Origin: Mytilus edulis
Lineage: Eukaryota
Assembly: GCF_963676685.1 (NCBI RefSeq)
Contig: NC_092344.1
Location: forward strand, 46,128,001-46,192,000
Length of the DNA stretch: 64,000 nucleotides
Direction of reading: 5' to 3'
This document shows positions 50,088-64,000 of this stretch, in pieces. The first letter of the stretch is position 1. Each line of letters begins with the position of its first letter. The notes beneath the pieces are model-generated. The model saw only the letters and a program-made list of their open reading frames with translations. It made no database searches and had not been told where the DNA came from. Both the position numbers and the translations under genes were made by a program.

Positions 50088-53000
50088 TTTCCCTTCAATG
50101 CAGACATTTCAATTGTATCTAATTAATATTTATTCTTTTTTAAATAAAAGATATGGGAATTTTTTGCAGATTTTTTTTTTAAAAAGATGAATATTATAAA
50201 TAATCTGGTGCCCTCTCAAAGTATCAAACTATGAATAGCATTTATGAAATGGCTTAAAAGACCTGCTGAGTTATTTATTTTCAATAGTAAAACATTGCAA
50301 GTCAGATTAGTTTTTACAAATTACCACAGAACAAACCATTTATTTTTGTGATCATCAAGGCAGCCCCATGTTAGGGGAGGGGGATTCTGCCAACATGTTT
50401 AACTCAACACATTATATATGTATTTGCCTGTCCCAAGTCAGGAGCCTGTAATTCAGTGGTTGTCGTTTGTTTGTGTTACATATTAGATTTTCATTCATTT
50501 TTTTATACAAATAATGTAAGGCCGTTAGTTTTCTTGTTTTGAATAATTTTACATTGTCATATAGGGGCCTTTTATAGGTGACTATGCAGTATGGGCTTTG
50601 CTCATTGTTGAAGGCTGTATGGTGACCTATAGTTGTTAATGTCTGTGTCATTTTGGTCTCTTTTGGATAGTTGTCTCATTGGCAATCAATTACCACATCT
50701 TCTTTTTTAGTTATTTATTTCACCCCCCACCATGAAATGGTTGTTCCCTTACACAACATATTTTCTGTTGAAGAACAAATAAATATACATTTATAAATAT
50801 AATTTGTTCTTCTTCTTCTTCTTCTTTATAATTCAGCACTCCATCAACATACTGATGATAACGTGCCGGGCACTGATTTTACTATGCCGCGCGTGCGTGG
50901 GATATACATTTTATTTACAGTGAAAAATACAAAAATAAAAATAAAAATTTCAACATTTATAACTTCTTTTTCTTCTGTTTTTGTACTATACATTTTGGTT
51001 AAAACTATATACATTGTAGAATTTATTTAAATGTTAAGATGTTTATTGAGAACAGATATTGGAATCTGTTCTCGGAAGCTTTCAAGAGTAGTACATTGAA
51101 CTGCAGCTACTGGGAGAAGGTTCCATTGCAAGATGGTTCTAGGGTAGAATGAATACTTGTATGAGTCTTTAGTGGTTTGTATGGGTCTGAAAGAGTAAAT
51201 ATGTGAATGTTGTCGTGTTCTTGTATCAGATTGTGTAAGTAGGTCTGTCGGATATATGGCAACAAGATGATGTATAATTTTGTAGAGGAAAATGATGCGG
51301 GTTCTAATTCGCCTTTTCTCAAGTGTTGCCCAATTTAGAGTTTGTAGCATTTCAGTGACTGAGCTGGTGTTATGGTATCTGTTGCAGGTGTACCTTGCTG
51401 CTCTGCGCTGGACCATCTCAAGTTGGTGTGTTTGAGATTTGGTGTGCGGGTCCCAGACGCAGCTGCTGTATTCTAGCTTTGGTCTTACTAGTGCAATGTA
51501 TGCTTTTTCTTTGACTGTTTTTGAGTTGACTTTTAGATTCCTTTTAATAAAGTTCAGCTTTTGTGTGGCTGCAGCTGTGATATTGTTTACATGTTTGTTC
51601 CATTTGAGATCAGTTTGTATAGTTATTCCCAGATATTTTGTGGATGTTTCTTTTTGAAGTACATGTTGGTGGAGAGTATAGTCAAAATTTAATGGGTTTT
51701 TCTTAGTTGTTATCTGAAGGACTGAGCACTTGTCTGGATGGAATGACATGAGCCAGTCCTTCTCCCATTTTGCAGCTGATGTGAGATCTTCTTGCAGTTT
51801 TTGTGTGTCTTCTTTGTTTCGTATTGTTTTATAAATTATGCTATCATCTGCAAATAATCTGAGGGTACTGTGTTTGATGTATTCGTTAAAGTCGTTTATG
51901 TATACAAGGAAAAGGATCGGACCCAAAACTGTTCCTTGGGGAACACCAGATGTTACATTTATTTTGTCTGACTGAACACCATCAATGATCACTGTTTGTG
52001 TCCGAGATGTGAGAAAATCTTCTATCCATTTTAAGGTGTTGTCATCAATGCCATAATGTTTTAGTTTGTAGAGGAGTCTTTTGTGAGGAACTTTGTCAAA
52101 GGCTTTGGCAAAGTCCATCACAATTATGTCCGTTTGGATGTTACTGTTGTTATTTTTTGCTAGTTCTTGGATGAAGGATACTAGTTGGGTTTCGCATGAT
52201 CTATTTGCTCGAAATCCGTGTTGAAGGTCGTACAAAATATTGTTATTTTCTAGGTGGTCCATCATACTACTGGCTATTATGTGTTCCATGATCTTACAAA
52301 GTATGCATGTGAGAGATATGGGTCTATAATTTATTGCGTTGTGTTTATCACCTTTTTTAAAAACAGGACAGACATTTGCATGTTTCCAATCTTTTGGGAT
52401 TTTTCCTGTGTCGAGTGATTTTTGGAAGATGTAGGTGATTGCGGTTGAAATGTCACTACTAAGTTCTTTGAGTACTGTTCCGCAAATTTGATCTGGACCA
52501 GTTGCTTTGTTAGGATTGATCTTGTCCAGTAATTTTATGACACCTTTCTTAGAGATGGTGATCTTGTTCATTTTTGGATAGTTCGATTTTCCTTTATCCG
52601 GAATGGGTTCACTTGTTGTTTCTTCGGAAAATGCTTTTTGAAACTGACTATTTAGAATGTTAGTTTTGTCAGATGTATTGTCAGTAAGTTTACCATCTTT
52701 TCTAAGTGCAGCAATGCCTGTATTGTCATTTTTCATACTTTTTATGTATGTAAACAAGTTCTTAGGTTGTTTTTTCCTGATGTTGTCATCTGGTTCATCT
52801 ACTGGTAGGTCAAATATCATTTTTTCAATGTTATTCCAGTAGGCATTACGCATTTCTTTTTGTAATGTTCTTTTTAAGTATTTGTATTTTTTCATTTGCT
52901 CTGGACTGTTTTTGCTCTTTTTATGTAGTCTTTTAACTTTGTTTATCATGATTTTTAATGTTTTATCAACCCAGGGTAGTTTTTTCTTGTTTGTGATTGT

Positions 53001-53723
53001 TTTCTGGGGGATGTTTTTCTTGACTGATTGAAGTAGTCTTTCTGTAAATGTATTCCATAGTTCGTCAGTAGATGAACTATGGTAATGACCTTTGATTTCT
53101 TGTGTGAGTTTGTTCACATCTTGTTTGATGTTTTCCAAGTTAGCTTTTCTGTACTGCAACATGTTTAATATTCTGCAAAACTGGAACACAATTTAAATAT
53201 AATATCATTTATTTATATCTATTGGTATTTATAACAATAATATCAAACATATATCTGTATGAATATTTTTGGTGTCTCTGTTTATCTGTTTCATACTTGA
53301 GTTTCCCTAAAATTAAAAAGTGTCTCAATGACACTGCAGTCAAGAATGGAATGAATGAATATTACAAATACCTTCAAGACTATTTATTAGCGCTGAATTA
53401 ACATTAACAGCCTTTCTACCCAGCTTTCTTGTCTGCTCTTCAATAATGGCATTTAAGGGGCTGATTATTATGCATTTGGTGTTATTCATTTTTCCAAGCA
53501 TTTCAAAAATTAATGACTTCCCATAGCCAGTGGGTAGCATGATCAACGCATCACTTTTCATTGCACCTTGAATACTTTGCAATTGCAAAGGTTTCAAGTA
53601 GGTTAAATTAACGTTTCGCGTACAGTTGATCTTAGTTAAGGCAATTTTATGTATCAAGACATTCTTAAGTTTTTCTTTAAAATCTTTCACATCGTCTGCT
53701 GCCATATTGTTTATTGTTGTCAT
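45549..53723 (-). CDS. Transposon-encoded RecQ-like SF2 DNA helicase, 4 exons, 540 aa
   Basis: Exons 53723-53372, 48411-47822, 47145-47004, 46087-45549 (1623 nt); motifs LKPLQ, LPTGYGKS, ISPLNA, GHPE, VVDEAHCVVQWGHDFRPDF, ALTATA, FHA, ATQAYGMGTD, HIGPP, YLQEIGRAGRDG, and the Zn-binding CRR..CCDVC. Confidence 0.9.
50809..53155 (-). mobile_element. 5'-truncated CR1/L2-clade LINE in helicase intron 1
   Basis: Uninterrupted RT frame, ~200-nt 3' UTR, (AAG)n tail at ~50809-50826; endonuclease domain missing; no clear TSD. Confidence 0.85.
51027..53189 (-). CDS. Non-LTR retrotransposon ORF2 reverse transcriptase (N-truncated), 720-aa open frame
   Basis: KATGPDQI, NYRPISLT, QHGFR..RSC, DFAKAFDKV, GVPQGTVLGP, LFADD, KYLGI, RPKLEY. 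Confidence 0.9.
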   Translation of the reverse strand: MFQFCRILNMLQYRKANLENIKQDVNKLTQEIKGHYHSSSTDELWNTFTERLLQSVKKNIPQKTITNKKKLPWVDKTLKIMINKVKRLHKKSKNSPEQMKKYKYLKRTLQKEMRNAYWNNIEKMIFDLPVDEPDDNIRKKQPKNLFTYIKSMKNDNTGIAALRKDGKLTDNTSDKTNILNSQFQKAFSEETTSEPIPDKGKSNYPKMNKITISKKGVIKLLDKINPNKATGPDQICGTVLKELSSDISTAITYIFQKSLDTGKIPKDWKHANVCPVFKKGDKHNAINYRPISLTCILCKIMEHIIASSMMDHLENNNILYDLQHGFRANRSCETQLVSFIQELAKNNNSNIQTDIIVMDFAKAFDKVPHKRLLYKLKHYGIDDNTLKWIEDFLTSRTQTVIIDGVQSDKINVTSGVPQGTVLGPILFLVYINDFNEYIKHSTLRLFADDSIIYKTIRNKEDTQKLQEDLTSAAKWEKDWLMSFHPDKCSVLQITTKKNPLNFDYTLHQHVLQKETSTKYLGITIQTDLKWNKHVNNITAAATQKLNFIKRNLKVNSKTVKEKAYIALVRPKLEYSSCVWDPHTKSQTHQLEMVQRRAARYTCNRYHNTSSVTEMLQTLNWATLEKRRIRTRIIFLYKIIHHLVAIYPTDLLTQSDTRTRQHSHIYSFRPIQTTKDSYKYSFYPRTILQWNLLPVAAVQCTTLESFREQIPISVLNKHLNI

Positions 53724-54123
53724 TTACAAATGCATGCCGGGAGAAAACACCGGCTTTCCTATTTTGATGACGTCAATATTTTTAAATTTAGAACAACCTC
53801 GATTTCAAATAAAAAGATGGCGTTATACCCTACCTGTCTTGATATATGAAATATGTAATATGCACATTGATCTAGACAGGCGAACCAGTCTACTCTAACC
53901 AATCAAAAATTTGTTTGATTAAATTCATACGCACTGACAAGTGTGAAAACATTGGAAATAAACATTTTGGAAAAAAATATTAATACATGTTTAATTTATG
54001 CTAGTCCCTTTAAAGTTTTTATTTTATATGCTAAATTATGGTTGTGGAAAAACATTCGTTCATTTTGGTACATTAAAAGATACTTTAATTAGAACTACAT
54101 TGTACTTCCCATATTTAGAATAA

Positions 54124-63821
<9,698 letters not shown>

Positions 63822-64000
63822 GTTTGTTGTTATAAGTGTTGATACTTCAAGTCTTATTCAATAATCTGATGATCGTCATGAAAATTCATGAACTATTTCC
63901 CACTGGACATTGAGCAACCAACAATCAATCTTCTAACAATATTCTGTGGTTTCCATATTAAAGCTTCTAGTCACATGGTGCTTTGGTAGATGAGGGATCT

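Larger units (their letters stand above)
31841..53892. mobile_element. Full-length AcademH-type DNA transposon (transposase plus RecQ helicase, convergent), ~22 kb including nested insertions and an assembly gap
   Basis: Ends TAGACTGG (31841) / CCAGTCTA (53892); perfect 9-bp TSD CTCTAACCA at 31832-31840 and 53893-53901; sub-terminal inverted block AGACAGGT.G.G...AACGCCAT; encloses a DDE-like gene and a RecQ-like gene. Confidence 0.9.

Noticed and set aside
45549-53723. Host RECQL/BLM/WRN gene
   Set aside because: Helicase core and Zn-binding region only, enclosed within TIRs and a TSD together with a transposase; no host gene symbol assigned

Overview
AT-rich, intron-containing animal genomic DNA. 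The repeat families look like those of a bivalve mollusc, probably Mytilus (inference). Host genes: two tandem RING-less B-box/coiled-coil TRIM-like genes on the minus strand (one complete and intronless, one cut by the window start); a complete 10-exon CCDC77 gene (minus, 12279-22129); and the first 11 coding exons of a KDM5/JARID1 histone demethylase (plus, from 54256). CCDC77 and KDM5 are divergent, as human CCDC77 and KDM5A are. Between them lies a complete ~22 kb DNA transposon (31841-53892), bounded by TAGACTGG...CCAGTCTA ends and a perfect 9-bp target-site duplication (CTCTAACCA). It carries two convergent spliced genes: a ~1034-aa zinc-finger plus DUF6589-like DDE transposase and a 540-aa RecQ-type helicase, the AcademH architecture. 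Both reconstruct as open frames. The transposase frameshifts fall in an assembly-gap overlap and correct each other, and the helicase needs a GC-AG intron. The first coding intron of each gene holds a copy of one ~105-nt motif with conserved, compensating hairpins, a candidate unknown structured RNA/DNA element. Also present: a 480-bp LTR mini-retrotransposon with tRNA-like LTRs, a young CR1/L2-type LINE, Penelope-like remnants with a decayed hammerhead, Helentron-type elements, several MITEs, a piggyBac end and a tRNA-SINE.
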